A stretch of DNA of 56,926 nt. Origin: a virus. Lineage: Duplodnaviria; Caudoviricetes. Below are positions 27,999-37,977 of the stretch, in pieces. Every line of letters begins with the position of its first letter. Position 1 is the stretch's first letter. The notes below the pieces were generated by a model. That model saw nothing but the letters and a program-made list of their open reading frames with translations, searched no databases and was not told the DNA's origin. The position numbers and the translations under genes were made by a program. The DNA lies in IMG/VR virus record IMGVR_UViG_3300025120_000062, positions 1-56,926 of that record; one strand, written 5' to 3'.

Positions 27999-28351
27999 TA
28001 TTTAAACTTCACTGTTTTTTTGTAGCCTTTGCCACCTTGTTCTACAACTTCAACGTCTCCGCCGTCCTTATACATCATTCCGCCACCCATCATTTTTTTA
28101 GCGTAACCACCATCTTTATAATTCATCATTCCGCCACCCATCATTTTTTTAGCGTGACCTCCGTCTTTGTAATTCATCATTCCGCCACCCATCATGCCAG
28201 GTATTTGAATCTCTTTTGGCATTCTAATAACTTCGTCAACTTTTACATTACCACCTTTATCATAACCCATTATTTTTTTAGCAACGTCAGGTCTTTTTGA
28301 TGCTAGTGCATTCATTCCTTTGGAAGGATATTTTCCATTTTTATTCATCAT
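27998..28351 (-). CDS. small Met/Gly/Lys-rich repeat protein
   Basis: three MMGGGMM(N)YKDGG repeats; AGGAG RBS. Confidence 0.7.
   Translation of the reverse strand: MMNKNGKYPSKGMNALASKRPDVAKKIMGYDKGGNVKVDEVIRMPKEIQIPGMMGGGMMNYKDGGHAKKMMGGGMMNYKDGGYAKKMMGGGMMYKDGGDVEVVEQGGKGYKKTVKFK
28073..28195. repeat. in-frame tandem repeat, period 51 bp
   Basis: CATCATTCCGCCACCCATCAT exact at 28073, 28124 and 28175. Confidence 0.9.
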
Positions 28352-28358
28352 CTACTCC

Positions 28359-28586
28359 TTAGTGTATTGTTCTTGGTTGATCATCAAATCCTAGTTCTAC
28401 TATTTGTCTAAATAGCATTTTTGTTAAATCTTCACCGAGTGCTTCAGTATATAGTATTTTTGCTGTATTTAAAAACGCATTCGCAACGAAAACTGAATCA
28501 TCAGGATGCTTTGTATTATCTTCGGCTAATTTATAGGCCTTTTTCATAATATCTGCAGTAAGATTGTTTAAATAATCATCTTTCAT
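28359..28586 (-). CDS. hypothetical protein
   Basis: likely start MKDDYL at 28586 (TAATG coupling); the track ORF starts at 28598. Confidence 0.6.
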   Translation of the reverse strand: MKDDYLNNLTADIMKKAYKLAEDNTKHPDDSVFVANAFLNTAKILYTEALGEDLTKMLFRQIVELGFDDQPRTIH

Positions 28587-28867
28587 TAACAATTCCATTT
28601 CCTTAATGCTTTATTAATCCTTGAATTTGGATCATTTGCTGTTTTTTTACTAGTTAACTTCTTTTTCATACCTTTCATTCTAGCACAAAAAGAAGCTCTC
28701 CTACTAGAATCTTTTGATCCTTTTTTTAATTCAGAGGGTTTTTTAGTAACTGCTTTTTTAAGTTTAGAACCAGGATTAGCAGCTCTATATGAAGCAATAC
28801 CTTTAGCATTTAATCCTCCTGATTTACTTTTACCTTCTTTTCTTGTCCATGCAGGTGTCTTTGACAT
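28586..28867 (-). CDS. small basic conserved phage protein
   Basis: GGLNAKG...RRASFCARM...SRINKALRKWNC. Confidence 0.7.
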   Translation of the reverse strand: MSKTPAWTRKEGKSKSGGLNAKGIASYRAANPGSKLKKAVTKKPSELKKGSKDSSRRASFCARMKGMKKKLTSKKTANDPNSRINKALRKWNC

Positions 28868-29151
28868 TATCTCATAGCCATACCATAACCACGTACAGCC
28901 AGCCCTCCTGATTTTGCTTTAAATGTTTTAACATTAGTTGGTTTACCACCTGGGTTACCTGCATCTCTTTTGCGTTTGACTGCTGATGATTTTTGAGAAG
29001 AACTCATTTTTTGAGCTTTAGCTAAAGGAACACATTTAGGGTATTTTCTACCATCTCCTTTTTTTCTTCCACATGGTTGATACTTACCATCTTTTTTAGG
29101 AGCTCCTATATCAACCCACTTTTGATTAACCCACTCTCTAAGACCAGACAT
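28867..29151 (-). CDS. small basic conserved phage protein
   Basis: LREWVNQKWVDIG...PCGR...YPKCVP. Confidence 0.7.
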   Translation of the reverse strand: MSGLREWVNQKWVDIGAPKKDGKYQPCGRKKGDGRKYPKCVPLAKAQKMSSSQKSSAVKRKRDAGNPGGKPTNVKTFKAKSGGLAVRGYGMAMR

Positions 29152-29423
29152 TATGAATAACTAGTTGATTTTCTTTTATTTTCCATTACAGCGCCACATC
29201 CTTTTGCAATACCACCAATATTCATGTTAGAAACTTTTTTTCTAGCTTGTGAAAGCTTATTTCCATCACCAATCATACCACCATCGGCTTTTTTGTTTTT
29301 TTTACCGCCTGGTGTTACCTTGCCTGAACATACTGCAGACGCATACATGTTAGCATAAGCTGAAGGATAAACCTTAAACTTACGTTTTGCTGCAGCTTTA
29401 CCTTTTGCACATAATTTTCCCAT
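29151..29423 (-). CDS. small basic conserved phage protein
   Basis: KRKFKVYPSAYAN motif; KADGG and MNIGG. Confidence 0.7.
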   Translation of the reverse strand: MGKLCAKGKAAAKRKFKVYPSAYANMYASAVCSGKVTPGGKKNKKADGGMIGDGNKLSQARKKVSNMNIGGIAKGCGAVMENKRKSTSYS

Positions 29424-29424
29424 T

Positions 29425-31929
29425 TTATATCCTATCCTTGTTCATCTGTGACTGCTTTATAGCCACATTTTCTCTTTGTTGTTCTTTTTTAAGTAATCTA
29501 TCTTGTGCTCTCTCACTTCTATCCATATTGCGATCTCCTTCAGCTTTGTCAAGAGCTACATTTGCCTTTAACTGAGCTATATCTTCTTGAGATTGCATTC
29601 TTTCTCTGTCAACAGTATCTTTTTGTTGTAGTTTTTTCTCATCTAAAGCTTGTTTTTCGCCTTGTTGCATGGCTTTTAGCTCCAAATCGTTCTTTTTTAA
29701 GTCAATTTCTTGTTGTTTTAGTTGAACTAGTGGATCTGAACCTGTTTCATCAAACATTTCTTGCTCTTCAGCTACCATTTGTTCAATTATTTCAGCTATT
29801 TTAACTGCAACAGCACTTTCTGTTCTTGATTCAATCTGTTGTTGCATTTCAGGAGGTATTTGTCCTCCTGTTTCTTGCATAATCTGTTCTATTTCAGGTC
29901 CCATCTCTTCTTGTACGATGTTTCTAGCCATAAATCCAACGTGTTCTGTTATATGTGCCTGTAACATTGCCATAATTGGAGGTTGTTGCCTTACTAAACT
30001 TGATGACATGAATGCTCTATGACCTCTAATATGTGCAGAATGATCTTGTTCAGGAAATGCTACTGGTTTTTGTGCTGCAAGAGCACCTGCATTTTCCATG
30101 GCTGGATCTTTGGGTTGAGGTTGAGGTGGAGGAGGCAATACTTTTTCAATATTTTGAACTCCAAGAGCTGCATACATTCTTCTGTATGCTTCGTGTAAAT
30201 TATGCATCTCAGGCTTAGACTGAGCAAGTTGTAACTGTGTTTGTGCAAGTGTAACACGTTGTGCCATAGAAAATATGTTTGGATCTGACACAGGTATGAC
30301 ATCAACTCTATCGTCGAAGTCTGTTTGCTTAACTGTTTGATTTCCACCTGCAACCATGTATGGATACTCAGGAGGTAAATACTCTGAAAATACTTTTGCT
30401 AATAAATTAAACTCTACTTTTTGTGCATAATGTAATCTTTTATGAATAGCTGACATAACTTTCATGCCACGCTCTAAAATAGCCATGGTAGTTCCAACAG
30501 GTTGTTGCTGACTTCCACCTTCCCCCATCATCATGTCTGTAACGCCTGCAAATCGTCTGCCTGCTTCTGTTACAAAACCTAATAATTGAAATAATGTTGC
30601 ACTTGGTTCTTTGTATGGAAGAGGCATCAAAGAGTCACGTAAGTTTCCTCCAGGTGCATCAACATCACGCCACTCACCAGGGCTTATTGCTTCATCATCG
30701 TCTCTAACTCTTAGACCTCTTGCTTTAAATCCACCTGGTAAGTTTGATAAAGTTCCTGCATCAATAAGTTGACGTAAAGCTGCTGTAGCGGTTCTTGATA
30801 AACCACCAAGCATGTGAATTAAACCAAAACCATAAAATCCAAGACCGGGTAAAAATTTGTAATGAGTAAAATATTGTTTCTTTTTTCTAAGTGGATCTCC
30901 TTGATTCCAATTTCGATAAATAGATAAAACTTCTCCTGAATCTTGATCAACTGTTACAATGTAAGGTAGCATTATACCTGTATTATTATTTTCAGCATCT
31001 TTATCTTCAAAGCCAGGAATATCTAAATCAACATGCATCTCCAAAAGATTATGTTCTTCTTCACTAAAAGATACTTGTTCAACTCCTGATATTTCATCTT
31101 GTTTTTCTTTTATTTCTGAAACACTTGTTCTAGAAGAACTAACATCAATATCACGATAAAATCCTGATACTTGATTTTTTCTTAAATCGTTGTTTTTCAT
31201 TTTAACAACGTGAGTAATACGCATACAACTTTCTAAGTCCGAAATAAGATAAGGAACTACTAAATCTTCTGCAGGTATAAACTTAGATACGGCACGTTCT
31301 AATGTTCCATCATAATAAATCTTTTTAAAAGCTGAACCTGCAAGAGGTAAATGAAATAACATTTGATCAAGTTCTGGGTCAAACTCTTGCATAACATTAG
31401 TTATTTGATAGTTCATAAAATTCTTAATACGTTCAGATTGTGCTTCAATTTCAGGAGTAGGATCTCCCATGACTTGTGTTCTGACAGGGCCACCTGCAGG
31501 AAGTAATTCTTTATAAGCTTGTGCTTGAAATTGTGTTACAGCTTCTGATAATAATGGATGAGTAACACCTGATGCTCCTGCAAAAGGTTTTGCTCTTTCT
31601 TCATACTTAAATCCAAGTAAATCTAGTCCATTTTTATAACTGTCTTCCCAATCAGCTCTAGAACTTTTGTCATCTTCATAGTTATCTTGTAAATCAGTAG
31701 ATATTTTAGTTAATAAGCTATCATCTAAAAACTCTGATATATTAGCATTAAAATCTGTTTGATCTGTTTTTTGCTGAGAAGGATCAAAATCAAGAGTAAC
31801 TCCTCCATCTTCCTCTGGAATAACTTCTATTCCATTATTCATGTTATCTGGTTTTGGTAATTCTATAGATTGCCCAACTTCTTCTATTTCAAGGTTATCT
31901 TTAAATTGCTGTATTGTTTTCTCAACCAT
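29425..31929 (-). CDS. portal protein (P22-like, long C-terminal coiled coil)
   Basis: 834 aa; HPLLSEAVTQFQA, GSAFKKIYYD and FLPGLGFYGFGLIH; located between terminase and head genes. Confidence 0.85.
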   Translation of the reverse strand: MVEKTIQQFKDNLEIEEVGQSIELPKPDNMNNGIEVIPEEDGGVTLDFDPSQQKTDQTDFNANISEFLDDSLLTKISTDLQDNYEDDKSSRADWEDSYKNGLDLLGFKYEERAKPFAGASGVTHPLLSEAVTQFQAQAYKELLPAGGPVRTQVMGDPTPEIEAQSERIKNFMNYQITNVMQEFDPELDQMLFHLPLAGSAFKKIYYDGTLERAVSKFIPAEDLVVPYLISDLESCMRITHVVKMKNNDLRKNQVSGFYRDIDVSSSRTSVSEIKEKQDEISGVEQVSFSEEEHNLLEMHVDLDIPGFEDKDAENNNTGIMLPYIVTVDQDSGEVLSIYRNWNQGDPLRKKKQYFTHYKFLPGLGFYGFGLIHMLGGLSRTATAALRQLIDAGTLSNLPGGFKARGLRVRDDDEAISPGEWRDVDAPGGNLRDSLMPLPYKEPSATLFQLLGFVTEAGRRFAGVTDMMMGEGGSQQQPVGTTMAILERGMKVMSAIHKRLHYAQKVEFNLLAKVFSEYLPPEYPYMVAGGNQTVKQTDFDDRVDVIPVSDPNIFSMAQRVTLAQTQLQLAQSKPEMHNLHEAYRRMYAALGVQNIEKVLPPPPQPQPKDPAMENAGALAAQKPVAFPEQDHSAHIRGHRAFMSSSLVRQQPPIMAMLQAHITEHVGFMARNIVQEEMGPEIEQIMQETGGQIPPEMQQQIESRTESAVAVKIAEIIEQMVAEEQEMFDETGSDPLVQLKQQEIDLKKNDLELKAMQQGEKQALDEKKLQQKDTVDRERMQSQEDIAQLKANVALDKAEGDRNMDRSERAQDRLLKKEQQRENVAIKQSQMNKDRI

Positions 31930-34900
31930 TAATAAACTCCTATAGGTCTTAGTACATCGTTAATTGATAATAAAGGATTATACACATTTTTTTTCTGTAC
32001 TACACCTCCATCTTTAAAGTATTGTGGATACGGTGTCAACATATCAGGTGTTAATTCAAGTAAAAATGTTTCTACTTTTTCTCCTGCATCTCCAAAATCT
32101 ACAGTTCCAATAGACAATTCTGAATTTTTCATTTTAGCTATTCTTCTAAGAGACTCTTCTGAATTACTTGTAAAGTGTGCTCCTGTGTGATCAACGGCTT
32201 TTGGTCCACCATATTGCATATCATAAGCTACATGTTTACCACTTCTATTGGGATCAGTAGGATCAAGTTTTATGCCTCTTGTAGGATTTGCAGCTTTGAC
32301 TGCTTTAGCAGGTGCTACTGTGTAATGAGAAGGAGCATTTTTATTAATTTGTAAAGCATTATTTTCATCAAAATAAAACCTTTTTTTAGCGGCTTCGTAC
32401 ACATCATTTTTAATTAAAGCATCTACCCAATTTTTTTGGTTTTTAAAAGGTATATTAGGAAATAATTGACTAGGGTCAATTGAATCAATTCTGTTGTTAA
32501 TATTTTTTAAAGCAGTGTCTCTTATTTCAGAAGCTTGATCAAGCATTTTAAACATTGTAGGAGTCATTCTATCTAAATCCATCTTAGATATGTTTTCAAA
32601 AACTTCATCAGCTTTTTTTAACATTTCTATTTCTCCTTGTATTTCTGATAAAGTTGCTGGCATGGGTCTAAATATATTTTCTAGTCGTTCTTGTGTCTCT
32701 TTAAGTACATCTGGTCGTTGTGTTTCAATTTCTGTAAGAGATTGTAAATCTTTCTTGAGTTGTGATTTAAGACTAGCTGCTTTTTGTAAAAAGTCTGATT
32801 GTATTTCATCTGCTGTGTTAACAACAATTTTTTTACCTGTTGCAGCTGTTCCTAGTCTATTACTATTAAGTGACCAACCTATAACATAAGGTTCTCCTCC
32901 TAATTTATTTTTTACATTAAAGTCAAAATCATCTGTAACCTGTCTCATAGAACTATGGTTTTCATACCTTCTTACCTCATCAGGAAGATAACCAACATCT
33001 CCTCGTATGTCTTGAGAATCTATCCAAAGAACTCTTTCTTCTCTACTTCCATTAATATAGTTCACGTGTCGTCCTGAATTACCATACTTTAAATTCTGTG
33101 CATAATCTCCATATTTAGATGACTGTATAAAATTTGAAGGAGAACTACCTGCAAGTTCTGCAATTTCGTCGTATGTAATAGGAGCATCTAATGTAAATTG
33201 TTGTGTTTTATTATTGAAGCCTCCTTTTTTATTTAAATACTGTCGAATATAAGAATCTTGTAGTTCGCTTTCTTTAATTCCAATTGATCTAAAATAATCC
33301 TGCCATTCTTTAGCAGGCATAGCTATACTATCTCTCGAAACATCTTGACCTTTAATAGTAAGATTACCTGTAGGAGAGTTTAAAGCTTGACTAAGTCTTG
33401 AATAGTAAAGTCTATTTGTTCCAGAACCTACGACTGAATCAGGGGTCATGGTAACAGTTAGTTGTGTTCCTGTTTTTTTCTTTTTAACTTTTACAGGAAC
33501 TTCTACTTGTTCTACTCTAAATGTTGAATTTTCTATATTACCTAATTGAAGTGCTTTTTCATTTGCTTCATCATAAGTTTTAGCTTGAAAAACTTTTTGT
33601 CCTTCAGGACCATAAACATTAAAACGTGGTTCTGTTTTTGAAGCTAATCTAGGATTAGCAAGTACCTTTTGTTGAGACTTTTGAATATTGGTAACTGTTT
33701 TAGGTGGATTACCTACCATTGCCCAATCAAAGACTGGTTTAAAAAACCCTTTGAGTCCTGCGGCTTCTACTTGAGGAATAAAGAAGTTTCCTACTTTAGA
33801 TAACATGGACTCGTTGTTAGGGGAGCTTGGCTCTTGGTTCTCTTCTGACATGACTTGGTCTCCTTCTGCATAACCACGGATCTCGCCTCCTTCTGCTTTA
33901 GTTCTAAGTTTATCTTGATAAGCTGCACCTCTTCCACGTTGCCTTGGCATTGGAATCCGTCTTTTTATAAATCCTCTTTGAAGGTCGCCTTCTTTTTGTA
34001 TTTGAGGCTTTGGACCTTTTGCTATCTTTTCAAATTCTCTTCGAGCCGCTTCAATTATAGTTTGAACTCCTGGTTTATCAATAGCTCCAACTTGAAAATC
34101 TTCATAAACATCATCTTTATATTTAGGATTTTTTATTGTAATATTTGTCAAAGCTCCTGTTCTTTGATTTATTTTATCGAACTTAGATATAATTTCTCTT
34201 GCGTCTTCCATAGAAGTTTTACCACTCTCAACGTCTCTTTTTAAATTTACAAGCTTTATTTCAATTTGTCTTTGTGTATCTACATTTGTTTTTCCAAAAT
34301 TTAAACGCATGCTGCTTACAAAGCCACCTACTCCTGGAATTGGATCATCCATTCTAAGAGGAAAATCATGGCTGACATTTAGAGTAAAATCCATTGTTTT
34401 ACCTTTTCCCTCTAATGTCACACCTTTAAATTGTTCAGGATAATTTTCTTTGTACTGTTTTAACATGTCATTAATTTTTCTTTGTGCAAAAACTCTTTGA
34501 TCCTCTAATCTTTTTATTCCTTTTAAATCTTTAGCAAAAGTTTTTTTCCAATTAGGAAATTTTGTTTTAAAATCATTCATATAAAATTCAGCGAATTCTT
34601 CTCTATTCATTGAAGAACTTTTACTAAAATCTCTAGCATTGCTACTTCTAAGGAATCCTTCAAGTAACAGTAATTCAGATCTATCTCCTGGCTTTGTTGT
34701 AGTAGGAGTTCTAGTTTTAGTTAAATTAAAATCAGGATTTTCTCTAGCCCACTTAGTTATAAAAGTTTGTTCTTTAAATGCTGCTTTTGGTACTTTTAAC
34801 TTACCATTTATACTTTCCCATTTTGCAACAGCAGCTTGTACAGTTGCTTTATCTCTTTCAAGAACTCTTGCAAGTTCTGCCATGTTAGGTCTGTTCTCTA

Positions 34901-35945
34901 AATCTTTTAAAACCTCACTAACTTCACCGTAAACAACACCTGGCTTTGTTTGTTTTAATAATACTTTTTCTGCTTCCTCTCTACTAAATTTAAAAGGTCT
35001 TGTAGTAGGATATTGATTTTGTACATAATCATAAAATTGTTTTTTACTAAACTCTTTTATATTGTTTAAACCAGGAGGAGGCTCTCCTGTATCTATATAA
35101 CGTTGAATTGTATCTTCAATTTTTTTTTGTGTTTTATTAGCTGAAGCTAATTGAAATTTTATTCTACCTGCACTTAAACTAGTGTCTTTACTACCACCTC
35201 CACCATCTCCTTTTTCAGGAGCTAGAGTTAACCTACCCTCATCTACTAATTTAGTATTAACAGGAGCGCCACTTGTGTATTTTTTTATGATTTGTAAATC
35301 ATCAAAATGTTTTTCTACTAAATCAGGATTGTTTACTATTTGTCCTATTTTAGATTTAGGTCCTATAGATTTTTGAATATTTTTAACTGCATTTATATAT
35401 TCAGGAGCAGCTTGTACCCCTTTAGCAGCAAAACCACCTATCCAAGCTTCAAGTGGTAATGCAAGTAAACTAAATGAATCCCATTTAGGTAGATCCGTTG
35501 TTCGTGATCCTTCTCTAACTTTTTTACCTGCTTGTACTCCTGGATCTAAAATAAATCCAAATAAAGACGACCATCCTTCTTTGAAGGACAGAGGTTGATA
35601 CATTAATCCAATTTCTTGTTCAGCTTTTCGAATTTGTTGTTCTGAAGGTCTCTCGTTAGGTAATAGTCCTAAATGAGATTCAATTAGTTTATTATTTTCA
35701 AATTTTTCATTTCCACTTTTCATTGAATTTTCGTTATAGAATTGACTTGCTATAGGAGCAACTGTTCTAGCTAATACATCGCCTGCCAAATCAACAGGAG
35801 CTTTGACAACATTAGCCATAAATTCTGACGATTTATCTAATTTATCTTGTTCTTCTTGATTTCTAAATTTTATAATGTCTTTGTATTTAGGTCCTGCTCT
35901 TACAGGCGCAAAACTTGCTAATCTACTATTGTTATTAACGGCCAT
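31929..35945 (-). CDS. large polyvalent-like (probably virion-packaged) protein
   Basis: 1338 aa; HTH-like NMAELARVLERDKATVQAAV; internal KAEGG linker; C-terminal domain with DEIQSD; C-terminal FKDGG. Confidence 0.6.
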   Translation of the reverse strand: MAVNNNSRLASFAPVRAGPKYKDIIKFRNQEEQDKLDKSSEFMANVVKAPVDLAGDVLARTVAPIASQFYNENSMKSGNEKFENNKLIESHLGLLPNERPSEQQIRKAEQEIGLMYQPLSFKEGWSSLFGFILDPGVQAGKKVREGSRTTDLPKWDSFSLLALPLEAWIGGFAAKGVQAAPEYINAVKNIQKSIGPKSKIGQIVNNPDLVEKHFDDLQIIKKYTSGAPVNTKLVDEGRLTLAPEKGDGGGGSKDTSLSAGRIKFQLASANKTQKKIEDTIQRYIDTGEPPPGLNNIKEFSKKQFYDYVQNQYPTTRPFKFSREEAEKVLLKQTKPGVVYGEVSEVLKDLENRPNMAELARVLERDKATVQAAVAKWESINGKLKVPKAAFKEQTFITKWARENPDFNLTKTRTPTTTKPGDRSELLLLEGFLRSSNARDFSKSSSMNREEFAEFYMNDFKTKFPNWKKTFAKDLKGIKRLEDQRVFAQRKINDMLKQYKENYPEQFKGVTLEGKGKTMDFTLNVSHDFPLRMDDPIPGVGGFVSSMRLNFGKTNVDTQRQIEIKLVNLKRDVESGKTSMEDAREIISKFDKINQRTGALTNITIKNPKYKDDVYEDFQVGAIDKPGVQTIIEAARREFEKIAKGPKPQIQKEGDLQRGFIKRRIPMPRQRGRGAAYQDKLRTKAEGGEIRGYAEGDQVMSEENQEPSSPNNESMLSKVGNFFIPQVEAAGLKGFFKPVFDWAMVGNPPKTVTNIQKSQQKVLANPRLASKTEPRFNVYGPEGQKVFQAKTYDEANEKALQLGNIENSTFRVEQVEVPVKVKKKKTGTQLTVTMTPDSVVGSGTNRLYYSRLSQALNSPTGNLTIKGQDVSRDSIAMPAKEWQDYFRSIGIKESELQDSYIRQYLNKKGGFNNKTQQFTLDAPITYDEIAELAGSSPSNFIQSSKYGDYAQNLKYGNSGRHVNYINGSREERVLWIDSQDIRGDVGYLPDEVRRYENHSSMRQVTDDFDFNVKNKLGGEPYVIGWSLNSNRLGTAATGKKIVVNTADEIQSDFLQKAASLKSQLKKDLQSLTEIETQRPDVLKETQERLENIFRPMPATLSEIQGEIEMLKKADEVFENISKMDLDRMTPTMFKMLDQASEIRDTALKNINNRIDSIDPSQLFPNIPFKNQKNWVDALIKNDVYEAAKKRFYFDENNALQINKNAPSHYTVAPAKAVKAANPTRGIKLDPTDPNRSGKHVAYDMQYGGPKAVDHTGAHFTSNSEESLRRIAKMKNSELSIGTVDFGDAGEKVETFLLELTPDMLTPYPQYFKDGGVVQKKNVYNPLLSINDVLRPIGVY

Positions 35946-37405
35946 TAATAATATTCCCCTTGTATTCTTGGTGTAGGCTCATCAACATAGTCAGTACCTA
36001 GTCTAATAAAATTTCCTTGTCTAAATCGCATTACCGCTTGTGTCATGCTGTCCACCAAGTCATCATGATCGCCGTATGGGAATGCAGCGCACTCCTCGAT
36101 GACGTCGTCCGACCACCTTGTTTCAGGTGTCCATATCATACCACTTTCAAACAATGGTGCAACAGAATTAACTCTGACATGTTTATCTTGTCCTTTACTA
36201 GGAGTATAGTTGACAACAGGAATTCCAAGTTGTCTTAACTCGTGTGTAAGAGGTGTTCCTGATGCTTTGGCTTCAATAATAATTGTTTCAGGTTCCCAAT
36301 ATTTATATTCTTTGAAAGCAATTTTTTTAAGCTCTGGAAAATCCCATCTGCCTCGTTTGGCATCTATAAGTATAAGATGAGGAACATTATTGGCTTTAGG
36401 ATAGAAAACTCCCCATGTAGTAATAGCAGAATAGTCTGCTGTTTCTTTTTTACTAAACGCTGTATCATAACTTTGAATAATGTGTTCTAGCTCAGGCATA
36501 GATTCTTCTTCCCACATTTGCCACCACTCTCGTTTAATAATTGAACCTTCTTGAGACACGGGTGATTGTTGCCACTGTGCATTCCACTTAGCTGCAGACA
36601 GAGAAGCTTTAACAGATTCTAATTCATCAATGTTCCAGAACCCTGGCCAAACGGGTTTGTTGCTTGGTAGAATAGCAGGGAACTCTACGACATCCCATTG
36701 ATCCGATTTTAGTTCTCCTTGCTTCTTCATTAACTTACCTGTCAGATCTTTCACGGACCAACGGGTCATAACAATAACAATTGCACCCCCTGGTTGTAAA
36801 CGCTGTCTAGGTCCTGAAGTATACCATTCGTATGCTGAGTCGAGGGCCGTGTCGCTTAGTGCGTCTTGCTCTGAATGTGGATCGTCGATAATTAACAGAT
36901 CAGCACCACGACCTGTTACTGCACCACCTGTACCTGCAGCGAAATATTCTCCACCTTGTAATGTTTCCCAACGACCTGCGGCCATACTATCAGGTTGTAA
37001 CTGAGTTTTGAAAATTTTTTTATACTCTTGAGTATCCATTAAGTTTCTAACTTTACGACCGAATCTAATAGCAAGTTCTCCTGTGTGAGTGGTTTGCATA
37101 ATTTTTGCTTTTGGGTTTTGGCCCACGAACCACGCAGGGAACAAGAAGGATGCAAACTCAGACTTCGTGTGTCTAGGTGGCATGTTAATAATTAATCTTT
37201 TTAATTTACCAGAGGCAATATCTTCAAATTTTTTTGCAATAATTTTATGGTGGGTCCCTTCTTTAAACTCAGGCCAAACATTTCTTACAAATGCTAAAAA
37301 TTTTTTTTGTGATTGCTCTTGAACATTAAATTCTAATTTTTTAATTTTTAATTTTTTTGCAAGGACCTTAGCTTCATCTGTTGTTAAAGTTTCTATAGAT
37401 TCCAT
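35945..37405 (-). CDS. terL: terminase large subunit
   Basis: Walker A-like NMPPRHTKS; Walker B LLIIDDP; motif III VMTRW; nuclease SYDTA...HDDLVDS. Confidence 0.92.
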   Translation of the reverse strand: MESIETLTTDEAKVLAKKLKIKKLEFNVQEQSQKKFLAFVRNVWPEFKEGTHHKIIAKKFEDIASGKLKRLIINMPPRHTKSEFASFLFPAWFVGQNPKAKIMQTTHTGELAIRFGRKVRNLMDTQEYKKIFKTQLQPDSMAAGRWETLQGGEYFAAGTGGAVTGRGADLLIIDDPHSEQDALSDTALDSAYEWYTSGPRQRLQPGGAIVIVMTRWSVKDLTGKLMKKQGELKSDQWDVVEFPAILPSNKPVWPGFWNIDELESVKASLSAAKWNAQWQQSPVSQEGSIIKREWWQMWEEESMPELEHIIQSYDTAFSKKETADYSAITTWGVFYPKANNVPHLILIDAKRGRWDFPELKKIAFKEYKYWEPETIIIEAKASGTPLTHELRQLGIPVVNYTPSKGQDKHVRVNSVAPLFESGMIWTPETRWSDDVIEECAAFPYGDHDDLVDSMTQAVMRFRQGNFIRLGTDYVDEPTPRIQGEYY

Positions 37406-37589
37406 ATTTTTTAACCCCTTGACTGACTGACTGCTACTTATGTTAAGCTTGCCTAGGCAAGTACCTTGTCCGCATTTAGGGGGTAGCCCATGATCTAGAT
37501 ACCATATCTAGTATGCTTTGGCAATAAAGGAAATGTTTGAGATGGTCTACCAGGTCAAAGCCAGGGAGACCAGAGGCTGGATCGGGCAT

Positions 37590-37621
37590 AAAAAAACCCT
37601 CGATCCGTGAAGATCGAGGGT
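37590..37621 (-). terminator. rho-independent terminator
   Basis: 10-bp stem ACCCTCGATC/GATCGAGGGT with a 6-nt loop and a T-tract on the minus strand; follows 37654..37938. Confidence 0.8.
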
Positions 37622-37653
37622 GTAGAGACACGGAGAAGTGTCAACTAGTAGGA

Positions 37654-37938
37654 TTAAGAGTTTAACCTTTCATTAATGTTAAATCTTTCAGCAAGACCTT
37701 GCATGATCTTCTGTCCAAATCTTTTGACTTCAGGCGTATTGGAAGTCATTACAAATTCAAATATCTCATAGTCGAGATACTGACATACGGCTTGATAGTT
37801 AATCACTTCACTATCAGGAAGTTGAATAGAACTATTCTGTTTTAATAGAATGTCCTTCTTCACTTTTTCCATTTCGTGTTTAATCACGAGTTGGATGTCA
37901 CTTAGAGTTAAGTCATTTGACATAGTATATTTCTCCAT
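37654..37938 (-). CDS. hypothetical protein (cassette 1, probably early)
   Basis: 94 aa with its own promoter and terminator; alternative start MSNDL at 37923 after a GGAG. Confidence 0.6.
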   Translation of the reverse strand: MEKYTMSNDLTLSDIQLVIKHEMEKVKKDILLKQNSSIQLPDSEVINYQAVCQYLDYEIFEFVMTSNTPEVKRFGQKIMQGLAERFNINERLNS

Positions 37939-37942
37939 TTCT

Positions 37943-37977
37943 ATCCTAACTTTATAGGAAGAATATCAAAAACACAA
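37943..37977 (-). promoter_or_regulatory. sigma70-type promoter with ATCCTA-N6-TAGGA palindrome over the -10
   Basis: TTGTGT-17bp-TAAAGT; same geometry as 38789 and 39286. Confidence 0.55.

Noticed and set aside
27944-28300. Plus-strand ORF with HHSATHH repeats
   Set aside because: Antisense reading of the MMGGGMM repeat gene.
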